The notes: a model not told the origin generated them from the sequence alone. Counted from the first letter of the stretch, positions 26,397-37,296 are shown. The stretch is DNA of 64,000 nt from an uncultured Mollicutes bacterium (GCA_947652375.1 CANTCS010000001.1:132976-196975), one strand, 5' to 3'. Numbers and translations: made by a program.

Positions 26397-28364
26397 ATGA
26401 AATTTTTTAAATTGTCTTTTAAATTTATTAAAATTTTTTTAGTTATAATTATTATTGGATTGGTTTGTTGTTACATGTATGTTAAGTTTTCTCCAAAACT
26501 GACTATTGATAGTGCTAATAATATTATGTTATACGATAATAATAATAAAGTTTTTTTTAAAGGTAGTCATTCTAAAGAATGGGTCTCACTAGATGATATT
26601 AGTGATAATTTAATTAATGCAACTGTTTATACAGAAGATAAAAATTTTTATAAACATTTTGGTTTCGATTTTTTAAGAATTGGTAAAGCATTAGTTACTA
26701 ATATTTCTAGAGGGCATAATAGTCAAGGAGCTTCTACCATTACACAACAATATGCCAAAAATTTATTTTTAGATTTTGATAAAACCTGGAAAAGAAAATG
26801 GGATGAAATGTGGTATACTATGAGAATTGAGGCTAATTATAGTAAAAAGGAGATTCTTGAGGGTTATTTAAATACAATTAATTATGGGCATGGTAAATAT
26901 GGCATTGAAGCTGCTAGTAAATTTTATTTTGGCAAATCAGCTAAAGATTTGACGATGGCAGAAGCAACTTTATTAAGTGGTATTCCGAAATCACCTACTA
27001 ATTATTCACCTATTAATAATTTTGATGCGAGTAAAGAAAGACAATTATTAGTGTTAAAACAACTTGTAAATAATGAACTAATAACAGATGCGGAAAAAGA
27101 TAAAATTTATCAAGAAGAGATTACTATTTTAGGAAAGGAAAATAAAGAAGCACTTACTAGTATCAATTATTATCAAGATGCAGTTATGGCGGAGTTAAAG
27201 ACGATTGATAAGATTCCTAATAATTATAGTGATGTAAAGGGTTTAAAAATTTATACTAATTTTAATTATGATATTCAGAAATCTTTAGAAAATAATATTA
27301 AAGAAACTTTTCCTGAGGATTCAGAATTAGAAACTAGTAGTGTAGTTTTAAATCCTAATACTGGTGGTGTTATGGCTTTAGTTGGAGGTAGAGATTATAA
27401 TAAATCTACTTATAATAGAGCAATTTCTTCTGAAAGACAAGTAGGTTCTACAATGAAACCTTATTTATATTATGCTGCTCTTGAAAATGGTTTTACTTCT
27501 AGTTCAGCGTTTATTAGTGAGAAAACAACATTTCCTATGGGAAATGCTGATCCTTATGCTCCTAAAAATTATAATGATAAATATGGTAATAAAGCAATTT
27601 CTATGGCGACAGCGATTGCTTATAGTGATAATATTTATGCTGTTAAAACTCATATGTTTTTAGGAAGTGATGCTTTAATTAATGTTGCTAAAAGGGTCGG
27701 TATTACCAAAACACTAGAAAGTGTTCCATCTCTTCCTTTAGGTACTAATGAGATTAGTATTATGGAGATGGCTTCAGGATATGCTGCTTTTGCTAATTTG
27801 GGTTATAAAGTTAAATCGCATTTAATTGAAAAAGTAGTTGATGGTAATGGCAATGTTTTATACGAAGCAAATAAGAATAAGGAATTAGTATTAAATCCGA
27901 GTTTAGTTTATATTCTTAATAATATGTTAACTGCTACTTATGATCCTTTATATATTGATTATAATTATCCTACTGGTATTAGTTTATCGGCAAAGTTAAA
28001 ACATACATATGGTTTAAAAAGTGGTACTACTAGTGGTGATAATTGGAATATTGGCTTTAATAGAAATGTTTTGTGTGCGGTTTGGGTTGGTTATGATAAT
28101 AATAAAGAGCTTTCTACAAGTGATTACAAGTATGCTCAAAATATTTGGTTTAAGACTGTAGAGGATTATCAAAAAGATGTTCCATCTGATGAAGGGTGGT
28201 ATGTAAAACCTAAAAACGTTGTTGGAGTCTTAGTTGAACCTATTAGTGGAAAACCTGCTAAGGATACTGATAAAAATAAAAAATTAATGTATTTTTTGAA
28301 AGGAACTGAACCAAGTGAAGCTGATCCTACTTTTGATGAAAAAAGTCAGCCTGTAGCTAATTAA
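26397..28364 (+). CDS. Class A penicillin-binding protein (GT51 transglycosylase + transpeptidase)
   Basis: GT51 motifs (EDKNFYKHFGFD, QGASTITQQ). TP motifs STMKP, YSDN, KSGTT. Confidence 0.88.
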   Translation: MKFFKLSFKFIKIFLVIIIIGLVCCYMYVKFSPKLTIDSANNIMLYDNNNKVFFKGSHSKEWVSLDDISDNLINATVYTEDKNFYKHFGFDFLRIGKALVTNISRGHNSQGASTITQQYAKNLFLDFDKTWKRKWDEMWYTMRIEANYSKKEILEGYLNTINYGHGKYGIEAASKFYFGKSAKDLTMAEATLLSGIPKSPTNYSPINNFDASKERQLLVLKQLVNNELITDAEKDKIYQEEITILGKENKEALTSINYYQDAVMAELKTIDKIPNNYSDVKGLKIYTNFNYDIQKSLENNIKETFPEDSELETSSVVLNPNTGGVMALVGGRDYNKSTYNRAISSERQVGSTMKPYLYYAALENGFTSSSAFISEKTTFPMGNADPYAPKNYNDKYGNKAISMATAIAYSDNIYAVKTHMFLGSDALINVAKRVGITKTLESVPSLPLGTNEISIMEMASGYAAFANLGYKVKSHLIEKVVDGNGNVLYEANKNKELVLNPSLVYILNNMLTATYDPLYIDYNYPTGISLSAKLKHTYGLKSGTTSGDNWNIGFNRNVLCAVWVGYDNNKELSTSDYKYAQNIWFKTVEDYQKDVPSDEGWYVKPKNVVGVLVEPISGKPAKDTDKNKKLMYFLKGTEPSEADPTFDEKSQPVAN

Positions 28365-28431
28365 ATTTAATTTAGTTAGCTTTTTTTTATTTTAAAAATC
28401 TGGTATAATTTTATTAGTATGGAGGATTTTT

Positions 28432-28965
28432 ATGATAGAAATAATTTTAGGAATAATAGTTTTAATATCTTTAGTTATGTTATTAATTATTTTATGTAAT
28501 AATAAGTTTTGCCTTGCTAATATTAAAATTGATCGGGCTGAAGAGGATATAGGCATTTATTTATCAAAAAAGAAAGATTTGTTATATAAAACGCAACCTA
28601 TTATTAAAGATGAATTAAAGATGAAAGATTTTTTGGATGACCTTAATGAATTAAAAGAACAGAAGTATAATAATTTTCAATTACATGATTTTTTAAAAAC
28701 TAATTATAATGAACTTTTTAAAGTGCTAGATGAAAATGAAAAATTACTTAAAAGTGAAAGTTTAGTAAAAATTCTTGAAGATTTAAATGATAATGAAGAA
28801 AATATTATTGGAGCTATTAAATTTTATAATGATACTGTTGTTGAACTGAATAGATTAGTTTTATCTTTTCCATCAAGTATTCTTGCTTTTTTTAAAGGCT
28901 ATCATAAAAAAGATTTTTACAATAATGAAAAAAGAGAAATTTTTGAAATATTAAATAAAAAATAG
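28432..28965 (+). CDS. lemA: LemA family membrane protein
   Basis: N-terminal TM. AIKFYNDTVVELN...FPSSILAFFKGY matches the LemA signature. Confidence 0.75.
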   Translation: MIEIILGIIVLISLVMLLIILCNNKFCLANIKIDRAEEDIGIYLSKKKDLLYKTQPIIKDELKMKDFLDDLNELKEQKYNNFQLHDFLKTNYNELFKVLDENEKLLKSESLVKILEDLNDNEENIIGAIKFYNDTVVELNRLVLSFPSSILAFFKGYHKKDFYNNEKREIFEILNKK

Positions 28966-28980
28966 AAAGAAGGAAATGAA

Positions 28981-29979
28981 ATGAATTTTATTGATAAAAT
29001 TAAAGAGAGAGCTAAAAGAGATAAGAAGACTATTGTTCTTCCTGAATCTATGGATATTAGAACGATGGAGGCAGCTGAAAAAATTTTAAATGAAGACATT
29101 GCAGATTTGATTATCATAGGTACTGAGGAAGAAATATCTAATAATTCTAAAGGGTTAGATATTAAGAGAGCTACTTTGATTAATCCATTTACTGCCGATA
29201 TTACTGAGGAGTTAATAAATGAATTTGTTGAGCTTCGTAAAAATAAAGGAATGACTTATGAAGAGGCTAAAAAATTATTATTAGAAGATTATATGTATTA
29301 TGCTTGTATGCTTGTAAAAACGGGGAGAGCTGATGGTGTTGTGTCTGGTGCATGTCATTCTTCGGCTAATACGATTAGGCCAGCTTTACAAATAATTAAA
29401 ACAAAGCCTGGTACAATGTTAGTTTCTGCATTCTTTTTAATGGTTGTTCCTGACTGTCAATATGGTTCTAATGGAGCTTTTGTGTTTGCTGATGCTGGTC
29501 TTGAGCAAAATCCTACTTCTGAGAAGTTAGCTGCTATTGCAGCTAGTAGTGCTTTAAGCTTTGAATTATTAGTGGAAGAAGAAGCAAAAGTAGCAATGCT
29601 TTCTCATTCAACAATGGGAAGTGCAAAACATATTGATGTTTCAAAGGTTGTTGAAGGGGTAAAAATAGCAAAAGAAAAATATCCTCAATTTAAAATAGAT
29701 GGTGAATTACAACTTGATGCAGCAATCGTACCTGAAATTGCTAAGTCTAAAGCTCCTAATAGTAAAGTTGCTGGTTGTGCTAATGTTTTAGTATTTCCAG
29801 ATTTAGATGCTGGTAATATTGGTTATAAATTGGTACAAAGACTTGCGAAAGCTGAGGCTTATGGTCCAATTTGTCAAGGAATAGCGGCTCCTATTAATGA
29901 CTTAAGTAGAGGTTGCTCAAGTGATGATATCGTTGGAGTAGTTGCTATTACGGCTGTTCAAGCACAAGAAATTAAGTAA
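28981..29979 (+). CDS. pta: Phosphate acetyltransferase
   Basis: 332 aa, MNFIDKIKERAKRDKKTIVLPES... PTA_PTB family. Confidence 0.92.
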   Translation: MNFIDKIKERAKRDKKTIVLPESMDIRTMEAAEKILNEDIADLIIIGTEEEISNNSKGLDIKRATLINPFTADITEELINEFVELRKNKGMTYEEAKKLLLEDYMYYACMLVKTGRADGVVSGACHSSANTIRPALQIIKTKPGTMLVSAFFLMVVPDCQYGSNGAFVFADAGLEQNPTSEKLAAIAASSALSFELLVEEEAKVAMLSHSTMGSAKHIDVSKVVEGVKIAKEKYPQFKIDGELQLDAAIVPEIAKSKAPNSKVAGCANVLVFPDLDAGNIGYKLVQRLAKAEAYGPICQGIAAPINDLSRGCSSDDIVGVVAITAVQAQEIK

Positions 29980-30052
29980 TATTTAAGGAAGTAGGAGTTT
30001 TAACATTTAGAGATATATTAATTGTTATATTCATCTTATTTTAATATATAAT

Positions 30053-30088
30053 AAAAAATTCTACACTTAACTTGTGTAGATTTTTTTT
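30053..30088. terminator. Bidirectional rho-independent terminator between convergent pta and ung
   Basis: aaaaaattctacacttaacttgtgtagatttttttt. 7-bp stem flanked by A- and T-runs. Confidence 0.7.
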
Positions 30089-30308
30089 AATCTCAACCGC
30101 ATCGTTTTATATATTTTTAGTTACTATATATTAATTAGCTTGTAAAAATTTTAAATTTATATTTTTTTAAGCATTTTTATTTGTTAATTAACTTTTAGGT
30201 AAATTAAGAGGATTTTTTAGTTTGTTTATTCTTTATATTTTTTTCTTTTATTTTAAATTTAAATCAGCAATATATTTTTAAGAGTTTTATATTATAAATT
30301 TTATATTA

Positions 30309-30971
30309 TTATTCAACTTTCCAGTCTATCTCTTTTAAGCCTTTGCTTTTTAAAAAATTATTAGTTTTAGAGAATGGTTTACTTCCGAAGAAACCATTTC
30401 GTGCTGAAAAAGGTGATGGATGTGCTGATTCAATTATATAGTGATGAGGATTAGTAATTAATGCTTTTTTATTTCGAGCATAAGCTCCCCAAAGTATAAA
30501 AACTACTGGTTCTTCTTTTTTATTGACTATCTTAATAATATCGTCTGTAAAAGTTTCCCAACCTTTATCTTTATGTGATGTTGGCTTATGTTCTTCGACT
30601 GTTAAAACGGCATTTAATAATAATACTCCTTGTTTAGCCCATGGCTTTAATGAATTAGATTCAGGAAATGATATTCCTAAATCATTTTCTAGTTCCTTAA
30701 AAATGTTTTTTAATGATGGAGGTTTTAATACTGAATTACTTACTGAAAATGATAAACCCTCTGCTTGATTCGGACCATGATATGGATCTTGTCCTAATAT
30801 TACTACTTTTAAATCATCAAAATCAGTATATCTAAAAGCGTTAAAGACTTCATTTTCTCTTGGATAAATTGTTTTTTCTTTATATTCTTTTTTTATAAAT
30901 TCCATTAAATTAGTAAAATATTCTTTTTGATATTCTTCTTTTAATAATTGATCCCACTTATTTCCTATCAT
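30309..30971 (-). CDS. ung: Uracil-DNA glycosylase
   Basis: VVILGQDPYHGPNQAEGLSFSV and HPSPFS motifs. Confidence 0.95.
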   Translation of the reverse strand: MIGNKWDQLLKEEYQKEYFTNLMEFIKKEYKEKTIYPRENEVFNAFRYTDFDDLKVVILGQDPYHGPNQAEGLSFSVSNSVLKPPSLKNIFKELENDLGISFPESNSLKPWAKQGVLLLNAVLTVEEHKPTSHKDKGWETFTDDIIKIVNKKEEPVVFILWGAYARNKKALITNPHHYIIESAHPSPFSARNGFFGSKPFSKTNNFLKSKGLKEIDWKVE

Positions 30972-30979
30972 ATTTCCTC

Positions 30980-31435
30980 CTACTTATGATAACTTTCATT
31001 ATTATTTATTTTATATGCGCGATAAATTTGCTCTAAAAGTATGACTCTAAATAATTGGTGGGGAAACGTCATTTTTGAAAAAGAAAGATGTAAATTAGCT
31101 TTATCTTTTATTTCTTGAGAAAGTCCATAACTTCCACCTATTATAAATGTTATATTACTATTCTCTATTAAGATTTTGTCTATAGTTTTAGCAAATTCTT
31201 GAGAAGTAATTTCTTTTCCTTCTATTTCTAATGTTATTAGAAAATCTTTACTAGTAATATTTTTTCGTATTTTTTCAGCTTCTAGTTTTAAAGCTTTAGT
31301 TTCTTCTACGTACCCTTCATCTTTTAGTTCAATAATTTCTAAGTTAGTATATTTTTTTAATCTTTTTTTATATTCATTGATTGCTTCTTTAAGATAATTC
31401 TCTTTTATTTGTCCAACAACTATTAATTTTAACAT
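30980..31435 (-). CDS. rlmH: 23S rRNA (pseudouridine1915-N3)-methyltransferase RlmH
   Basis: SPOUT fold, C-terminal ...LLEQIYRAYKI..YHK. Confidence 0.88.
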   Translation of the reverse strand: MLKLIVVGQIKENYLKEAINEYKKRLKKYTNLEIIELKDEGYVEETKALKLEAEKIRKNITSKDFLITLEIEGKEITSQEFAKTIDKILIENSNITFIIGGSYGLSQEIKDKANLHLSFSKMTFPHQLFRVILLEQIYRAYKINNNESYHK

Positions 31436-31436
31436 T

Positions 31437-32192
31437 TTAGACCTCTATTAATGCGCTTTCTTCATTTTGTCTTGCTATTGTAATGCGAGCATTTTTATCT
31501 AGATTTTCTTCTTGCATTGCTTTTATAGCTAAAGCTTCAGTATTATTTTTTTCGCTTAAATGTGCCAAAATTATATTTTTAGTATTATTTCCTATAATTT
31601 TTTTTAAATATTTTGCAGTCGTTTTATTTGATAAATGTCCTCTATCACTAATTACCCTTTCTTTTAGAAATCGTGGGTATGGACCATCCATTAGCATAAC
31701 TTCATCATGGTTACTTTCTATAACATAAGCATCTTTTCCTACCATTTTTGCTAAATATTTTCTATTTATGTAACCTGTATCAGTTACATATACTAAACTT
31801 TTATTATTATATTTTATTATAAATCCGACAGAATATGGCGCATCATGTGATGTATGAATTAACTCTATCTCTACATCATTAATATTAAATTCATCTGATA
31901 TAAATTGGCATTTTGGATATGGAATATAGTCTTTTAGACTTTCATACATTTCTTCTGGTATAAATACAGTTAAATTAGTATTTTTAATAAGGGATGATAA
32001 TCCTTTAATATGATCGTTATGACAATGAGTAATTAAAACTCCTGAAAAATCATTAAATGAAAGGGAATTTTCTTCTAAACTTCTTTTTAGAGTTAGATAA
32101 GAAATTCCCATATCAATAATAATATTTGTATTATCACACAATACTATTGAACAATTTCCTTTTGAGCCACTTTGTATTGTTTTTATTTTCAT
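31437..32192 (-). CDS. MBL-fold metallo-hydrolase (WalJ/YycJ-like)
   Basis: THCHNDHIKGL motif. Adjacent to rlmH as yycJ-rlmH in Bacillus. Confidence 0.75.
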   Translation of the reverse strand: MKIKTIQSGSKGNCSIVLCDNTNIIIDMGISYLTLKRSLEENSLSFNDFSGVLITHCHNDHIKGLSSLIKNTNLTVFIPEEMYESLKDYIPYPKCQFISDEFNINDVEIELIHTSHDAPYSVGFIIKYNNKSLVYVTDTGYINRKYLAKMVGKDAYVIESNHDEVMLMDGPYPRFLKERVISDRGHLSNKTTAKYLKKIIGNNTKNIILAHLSEKNNTEALAIKAMQEENLDKNARITIARQNEESALIEV

Positions 32193-32193
32193 T

Positions 32194-33699
32194 TTAATAA
32201 AATTGCATAGCGTTTAACGCTCTTCCTCCACGATATGGGAATCCAGTCCAAATTGAGAAGTGAAGATGAACTCCTGTTGCTGCACCAGTTCTTCCCATAC
32301 CTCCTATTACTTGTCCTTTTTGAACATATTGTCCTACACTAACATAACGACATCCATTACACATATGAGCATACATTGAATAATATCCGTTTGGATGTTG
32401 AATAGTTACAAATTGTCCATTATCATATTTATAACCAGATTGAACTACCTTTCCTTCTGCTGCTGCATATATAGCTGATCCATATCCACATCCTGCTATA
32501 TCTGTTCCATCATGTAATACTCCCCAACGATATCCAAAACCACTTGACACTGATGAACATGAAGCTGGCCATCCAAAGTAACCATTGGATGGTCTTGGTC
32601 CTGTATTACTCCAGGCTCCAGATCCATAACTATTTCCGCCTCCACAATTTTTTGTACCTTTAACAACAATTTCTTTTACTGATTCTTTTAAAACCTCTTT
32701 ATCTACACCTACTGTGTTGACTGTTTCACCATTTATTTTTTGAACTTTTTGAGTAACTCTGTTTAACCCTTTTACTCCAGCTTGTGTAACTTCAGAAACA
32801 TTATTACATTTACTAGAATCTTCTATAGTTTCAGTAGGATAATTAGATTCAATATCTTTTACTACATGATCTACTTCAACAACACTAAATTGAGGTTTTA
32901 ATATTCCTAGAGTTACTACTTGTCCTGGAGATAATAAACTATTTTCATCTTGAAGAGTTGGATTTGCTATTAAAAATTCTTCAGTGGAAATTTTATTATT
33001 AAAGGCTATATCTTGTATAGTATCGCCATCTGATATTTGATATTTTGCTTGATCTTCTGTTGTTCCAAACAATAAATATTTACTAAGTTCCTCAACAGTT
33101 TGATAAATTTTTTTATCAACTGGAATATTAGATTTCTTTATTGTTATTTTATTTTGAATATAAATATTTTCAATTATTTTTCCTGTTGTTTGAATATCTT
33201 TTTGAATGTCTTTTTCATATTCTTCATATTCTTCTTTTGGTATAAATGATTTAACTGTTCTTTCAATAGATTCTGTGAAAATATTTTTATCTAGAACATA
33301 AATAGTTTGATTTTTTCCTTTAATTGTTTTTCCGTTAACGTCTTTTGTATCTTCTCCTTTTAGTTTTATCGAGTATCCACTAATTGTAAAAGGAGAAATA
33401 TCTTTTATCTCATTATAAATTTCTTTGTTTGATTTTATATTTGTATCATATGTTGTTTCTTTAACGATATCAAGTTCAGATGGAACGTATACTTTATTAA
33501 CGTCATATTTTTTCTTTATTTCTTCTTGTTTCTTATCAATATATTCCTCTAATGATTTTTGTGACTTGATTAAACCCAATGACTTTCCTTTTAAATAAAC
33601 ACGGTAAACTGTTTGTGGTTTAGTTGATATTTTAGTAAACCCAGTTGTAAATGCTAATGATAGTAGAATTATAATCAATAAATTTATTTTTTTATTCAT
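32194..33699 (-). CDS. Secreted LysM-domain M23 peptidase
   Basis: Signal peptide, LysM block (ISDGDTIQDIAFNNKISTEEF), C-terminal M23 (HDGTDIA...GVHLHFSIW). Confidence 0.8.
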   Translation of the reverse strand: MNKKINLLIIILLSLAFTTGFTKISTKPQTVYRVYLKGKSLGLIKSQKSLEEYIDKKQEEIKKKYDVNKVYVPSELDIVKETTYDTNIKSNKEIYNEIKDISPFTISGYSIKLKGEDTKDVNGKTIKGKNQTIYVLDKNIFTESIERTVKSFIPKEEYEEYEKDIQKDIQTTGKIIENIYIQNKITIKKSNIPVDKKIYQTVEELSKYLLFGTTEDQAKYQISDGDTIQDIAFNNKISTEEFLIANPTLQDENSLLSPGQVVTLGILKPQFSVVEVDHVVKDIESNYPTETIEDSSKCNNVSEVTQAGVKGLNRVTQKVQKINGETVNTVGVDKEVLKESVKEIVVKGTKNCGGGNSYGSGAWSNTGPRPSNGYFGWPASCSSVSSGFGYRWGVLHDGTDIAGCGYGSAIYAAAEGKVVQSGYKYDNGQFVTIQHPNGYYSMYAHMCNGCRYVSVGQYVQKGQVIGGMGRTGAATGVHLHFSIWTGFPYRGGRALNAMQFY

Positions 33700-33700
33700 T

Positions 33701-35053
33701 TTATTGCCCCTCCATACTTTTATCTTTTCGTAAGTTTAAAAATGTAGATGTATTTTTCTTAAATAATAACTCTAATGTTGCTGTTGGTCCGTTACGATGT
33801 TTTCCAATGATAAGTTCACTTATACTATTATTGTCTTCACTTCTTGCTTCTTTATTATAGTAGTCATCTCGATATAAAAACATAACTATATCTGCATCTT
33901 GTTCGATAGATCCTGATTCACGTAAATCACTCATAAGTGGTCTTTTATCTTCGCGAGCCTCTACTCCACGCGATAACTGAGAAAGTGCTATTACTGGTAC
34001 CTCTAATTCCATGGCTAATGTTTTTAAACTTCTTGAAATATCTGATACTTCTTGTTGTCTATTAGAACCATAATTCTTTCCACCTGAAATTAATTGAAGG
34101 TAATCGATTATTACTAAGCTTAGACCTTTTTCACTACTAGCAAGTCTACGACATTTTGCTCTAATTTCACCTATTGTAATTCCTGGAGTATCATCAATTA
34201 CCATATTAGTATTTGATAATTGTGATACAGCTTCATTTATTCTTTTCCAATCTTGGTTCATCAAATTTCCTGTTTTTAATTTAAATCCCTCTAATTGTCC
34301 TAAAGATGATAAAATACGCATAGCTAATTGCTCAGCACTCATCTCTAAATTAAATAAAGCTACTGATTTATCTTGAGTCATTGCTACATGAGTTGCTAAA
34401 TTTAGAGCAAAAGCTGTTTTTCCCATAGCTGGACGTGCTGCTATAATTATAAATTCGTTAGGATGAAGTCCTGTTGTTATTTTATCAAAATCATACCAAC
34501 CAGTTGCTAAACCAGTTATTTCTCCTTTACTTTCTGATAATCTTTCTAAGTCTTGTTGAGTTTTTATTAAAACATCTTTAATACTTCTAAATTCACTAGC
34601 TTTTCTATTTTTAACAATATTTAAAATTTTCTTTTCAGAATTATCTAAAATTTCATTTACTGTTTCATCTGTTCGATATCCCTCGGATGCAATTTCAGTA
34701 GCTGTTTCAATTAAATTTCTTAAAATTGCTGATTCTTCTACACTTTTTATATAATAATCAACGTTAGTTGCTGTTGGAACATAATTTAAAACTTCTGTTA
34801 AATATTCTACTCCTCCAACCTCGGTTAAAGTGTTTTTCTTTTTTAAATAACTTGTTACGGTTGTAATATCTATTGGTGTTTTTTCCTCAAGTAATGAAGT
34901 CATCGTAAGAAAAATTTTTCCATTTTTTTCATCATAAAATGAGTCAGCTGTTAAACTTTCTGAAGCTTTTTGTAAAGCATATTTTGATAAAAAGCAAGCT
35001 CCTAAAACTGATTGCTCGGCCTCTAGGTTGTTTGGTAATATTCTTGTAGGCAT
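33701..35053 (-). CDS. dnaB: Replicative DNA helicase
   Basis: N-terminal LPNNLEAEQSVLG. Walker A ARPAMGKTAFALNLA. 450 aa. Confidence 0.95.
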   Translation of the reverse strand: MPTRILPNNLEAEQSVLGACFLSKYALQKASESLTADSFYDEKNGKIFLTMTSLLEEKTPIDITTVTSYLKKKNTLTEVGGVEYLTEVLNYVPTATNVDYYIKSVEESAILRNLIETATEIASEGYRTDETVNEILDNSEKKILNIVKNRKASEFRSIKDVLIKTQQDLERLSESKGEITGLATGWYDFDKITTGLHPNEFIIIAARPAMGKTAFALNLATHVAMTQDKSVALFNLEMSAEQLAMRILSSLGQLEGFKLKTGNLMNQDWKRINEAVSQLSNTNMVIDDTPGITIGEIRAKCRRLASSEKGLSLVIIDYLQLISGGKNYGSNRQQEVSDISRSLKTLAMELEVPVIALSQLSRGVEAREDKRPLMSDLRESGSIEQDADIVMFLYRDDYYNKEARSEDNNSISELIIGKHRNGPTATLELLFKKNTSTFLNLRKDKSMEGQ

Positions 35054-35063
35054 ATTCTCACCT

Positions 35064-35513
35064 CTATTTTATTAAGTGGACTTTAATAGTCGCTATTATT
35101 TCTGGATATAAATTAATATTTACGTTATGAAAACCAAGAGATGAAATAGTATTTGTTAATTCTATTGCACTTTTTTCTATTTTAAATCCTTGTTCTTGTA
35201 GTTTATCTTTTATTTGTTTTACACTTATACTTCCAAATACTTTATCGCCTGCTCCAGTTTTTACTTTAAATTCTAAGATTACATTGTTAAGCTCCAATTT
35301 TTTTATTTCGGCTTCTTTTCTTTTTAAATCATCTTCTTGTTGTTTTTTAAATAATTCATGATTTAATTTAGCTAAATTTTCTTTTGTCTTTTTAACCGCA
35401 TAACCATTTTTAATTAAAAAGTTTTGGCCATAACCATCTTTTACATTTTTTATTTGTCCTTTTTTCCCTTGATTTTTTAAATCTTTTATAAAGATAACTT
35501 CCATTTTATTCAA
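35064..35513 (-). CDS. rplI: 50S ribosomal protein L9
   Basis: MEVIFIKDLKNQGKKGQIKNVKDGYGQNFLI. Confidence 0.92.
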   Translation of the reverse strand: MNKMEVIFIKDLKNQGKKGQIKNVKDGYGQNFLIKNGYAVKKTKENLAKLNHELFKKQQEDDLKRKEAEIKKLELNNVILEFKVKTGAGDKVFGSISVKQIKDKLQEQGFKIEKSAIELTNTISSLGFHNVNINLYPEIIATIKVHLIK

Positions 35514-36492
35514 CCTCTTCTTTGATATATTTTTTTAAATCTTGCTCTACTTTACTAATAGTTTTATTTTTAAAAGTAGCTGCTCCATTATAAGTGTCGC
35601 CTCCACCACCTAATTTTTCTAAAATTTTAGTAATATCAAAATTACCTAAACTTCTAGCACTTAGACCAATTAAATCTTTTCCAATTTTTCCTATAACAAA
35701 AGAAGCTTCAATATTATTAAAAAATAGTAATGTATCTGCTACTTTTGCTAAATCTTCTCGGCGATATTGCATATGTTGAGTTGCTTTAGTAAAAGCAATT
35801 TTTCCATCTATTGTTTCAATATTAGTCATTAATTTTTGTCTTTCGTTATATTCTTCTATATTTTGTTTCAATAAATATTGTACTTTTTTTGCACTTGCTC
35901 CTAAGCTTGATAAATAATAAGATGCATAATATGTTTCTGCTGTTGTGTTTAATGTATAATTATTAGTATCTAAGACAATTCCAGATAAAAGAATTGTTGC
36001 ATAATAAGACTCTAATTCTACATCATAATATTCTATTAAATTTGTGATCATTTCACATGTACTAGAGACTTTATTATCATTGATTATGGTTGCATCTTTT
36101 ATAGATGTTTTTCCTAAGTCATGATGATCGATTATTAATTTATTTTCAAATTTATGTAGAATTTCTTTACTTTGAACTAACTCTTTTTTATTGGTATCTA
36201 ATATAATTAGTAAATTTTTTGAATTTCTAGGATATAGGTATTCTTCAATGTTTTCACTTTTTATTATTTGTAAACATCCCTCTAGCTCTCTTAGTATTTT
36301 CTCTACTCCTGCTTCATGATTTTTATCATCTAGTATAATATAACATTGCTTTTTTTTACGTTTTAATAACATGTACATTCCTATTGAACTACCAAGAGCA
36401 TCTAAATCTAGATTTTTATGAGCCATTAAAAATATATTTTTAGCTTTTCTTACTGCTTTATTTAACTTTTTTCTTTCTTTAATTATACTCAT
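35506..36492 (-). CDS. Stand-alone DHH/DHHA1 phosphoesterase (NrnA / short GdpP-like)
   Basis: DHH motifs (NLDLDALGS, IIDHHD) and DHHA1 GGGGD..GAATF. 328 aa with no TM/PAS/GGDEF. Sits in the rpsR-(gdpP)-rplI position. Confidence 0.75.
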   Translation of the reverse strand: MSIIKERKKLNKAVRKAKNIFLMAHKNLDLDALGSSIGMYMLLKRKKKQCYIILDDKNHEAGVEKILRELEGCLQIIKSENIEEYLYPRNSKNLLIILDTNKKELVQSKEILHKFENKLIIDHHDLGKTSIKDATIINDNKVSSTCEMITNLIEYYDVELESYYATILLSGIVLDTNNYTLNTTAETYYASYYLSSLGASAKKVQYLLKQNIEEYNERQKLMTNIETIDGKIAFTKATQHMQYRREDLAKVADTLLFFNNIEASFVIGKIGKDLIGLSARSLGNFDITKILEKLGGGGDTYNGAATFKNKTISKVEQDLKKYIKEEVE

Positions 36493-36550
36493 TTTTCCTC
36501 CCTATAAAATACCAATTTTATTATATAATAAAATCCCTTTTTTGTCTAAT

Positions 36551-36576
36551 AAAAAAAGCCACAACAAATGTGGCTA
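36551..36576 (-). terminator. Rho-independent terminator after rpsR
   Basis: aaaaaaagccacaacaaatgtggct. Stem AGCCACA/TGTGGCT, with T-run on the minus strand. Confidence 0.65.
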
Positions 36577-36579
36577 ATA

Positions 36580-36795
36580 TTATCTTGAAAAAGGCATAAG
36601 AGCGATAGCGCGTGCTCTTTTTATTTGTCTTGAAATAAATCTTTGATGTAGTGCACAGTTTCCTGTTACTCTTCTAGGTAAAATTTTACCTTTTTCATTA
36701 ACATATCTTTTTAGTGTTTCTGGATCTTTATAATCTACAGTTTTTCCAGTACACATAAAACAGATTTTTTTCTTTCTACGATTGAATTCTGCCAT
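36580..36795 (-). CDS. rpsR: 30S ribosomal protein S18
   Basis: [19 protein letters not shown]...[12 protein letters not shown]. Confidence 0.95.
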   Translation of the reverse strand: MAEFNRRKKKICFMCTGKTVDYKDPETLKRYVNEKGKILPRRVTGNCALHQRFISRQIKRARAIALMPFSR

Positions 36796-36810
36796 ACTTT
36801 TTCCTCCTTT

Positions 36811-37296
36811 TTAGAATGGTAATTCATCATCACTAATTTCGATACTTGCTCCGAAATCGGCAAATGGATTACTGTCTACGTCTGTACCTTTAGGCTCTGG
36901 AGAATTTCCAAAGTCATATGGTGTTGGTCCTGCATTATTTCCTGCAGTACTATTCATATTATTAGAATTATTTGAGGAATTTTTTGATCCTAAAAATTCA
37001 ACGTTATCAGCAACTACTTCAGTTACATATCTTTTTTGACCATTTTGATCATCATAACTTCTAGTTTGAATTCGACCTTCTACAGCTACTTGACTACCTT
37101 GTGTTACATAGTTTTTTACATTTTCGGCTTGTTTTCTCCAAACTACTATATTAATAAAATCAGCTTCTCTTTCACCTTGTTGATTAGAAAAATTTCTATT
37201 TACGGCAAGAGAAAAAGTTGCAACTGGAGTATTGTTACCAGTATATCTTAATTCAGGATCTCTTGTTAATCTTCCTATTAAAACTACTTTATTCAT
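36811..37296 (-). CDS. ssb: Single-stranded DNA-binding protein
   Basis: MNKVVLIGRLTRDPELRYT... OB fold. C-terminal acidic tip DDELPF. Confidence 0.95.
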   Translation of the reverse strand: MNKVVLIGRLTRDPELRYTGNNTPVATFSLAVNRNFSNQQGEREADFINIVVWRKQAENVKNYVTQGSQVAVEGRIQTRSYDDQNGQKRYVTEVVADNVEFLGSKNSSNNSNNMNSTAGNNAGPTPYDFGNSPEPKGTDVDSNPFADFGASIEISDDELPF

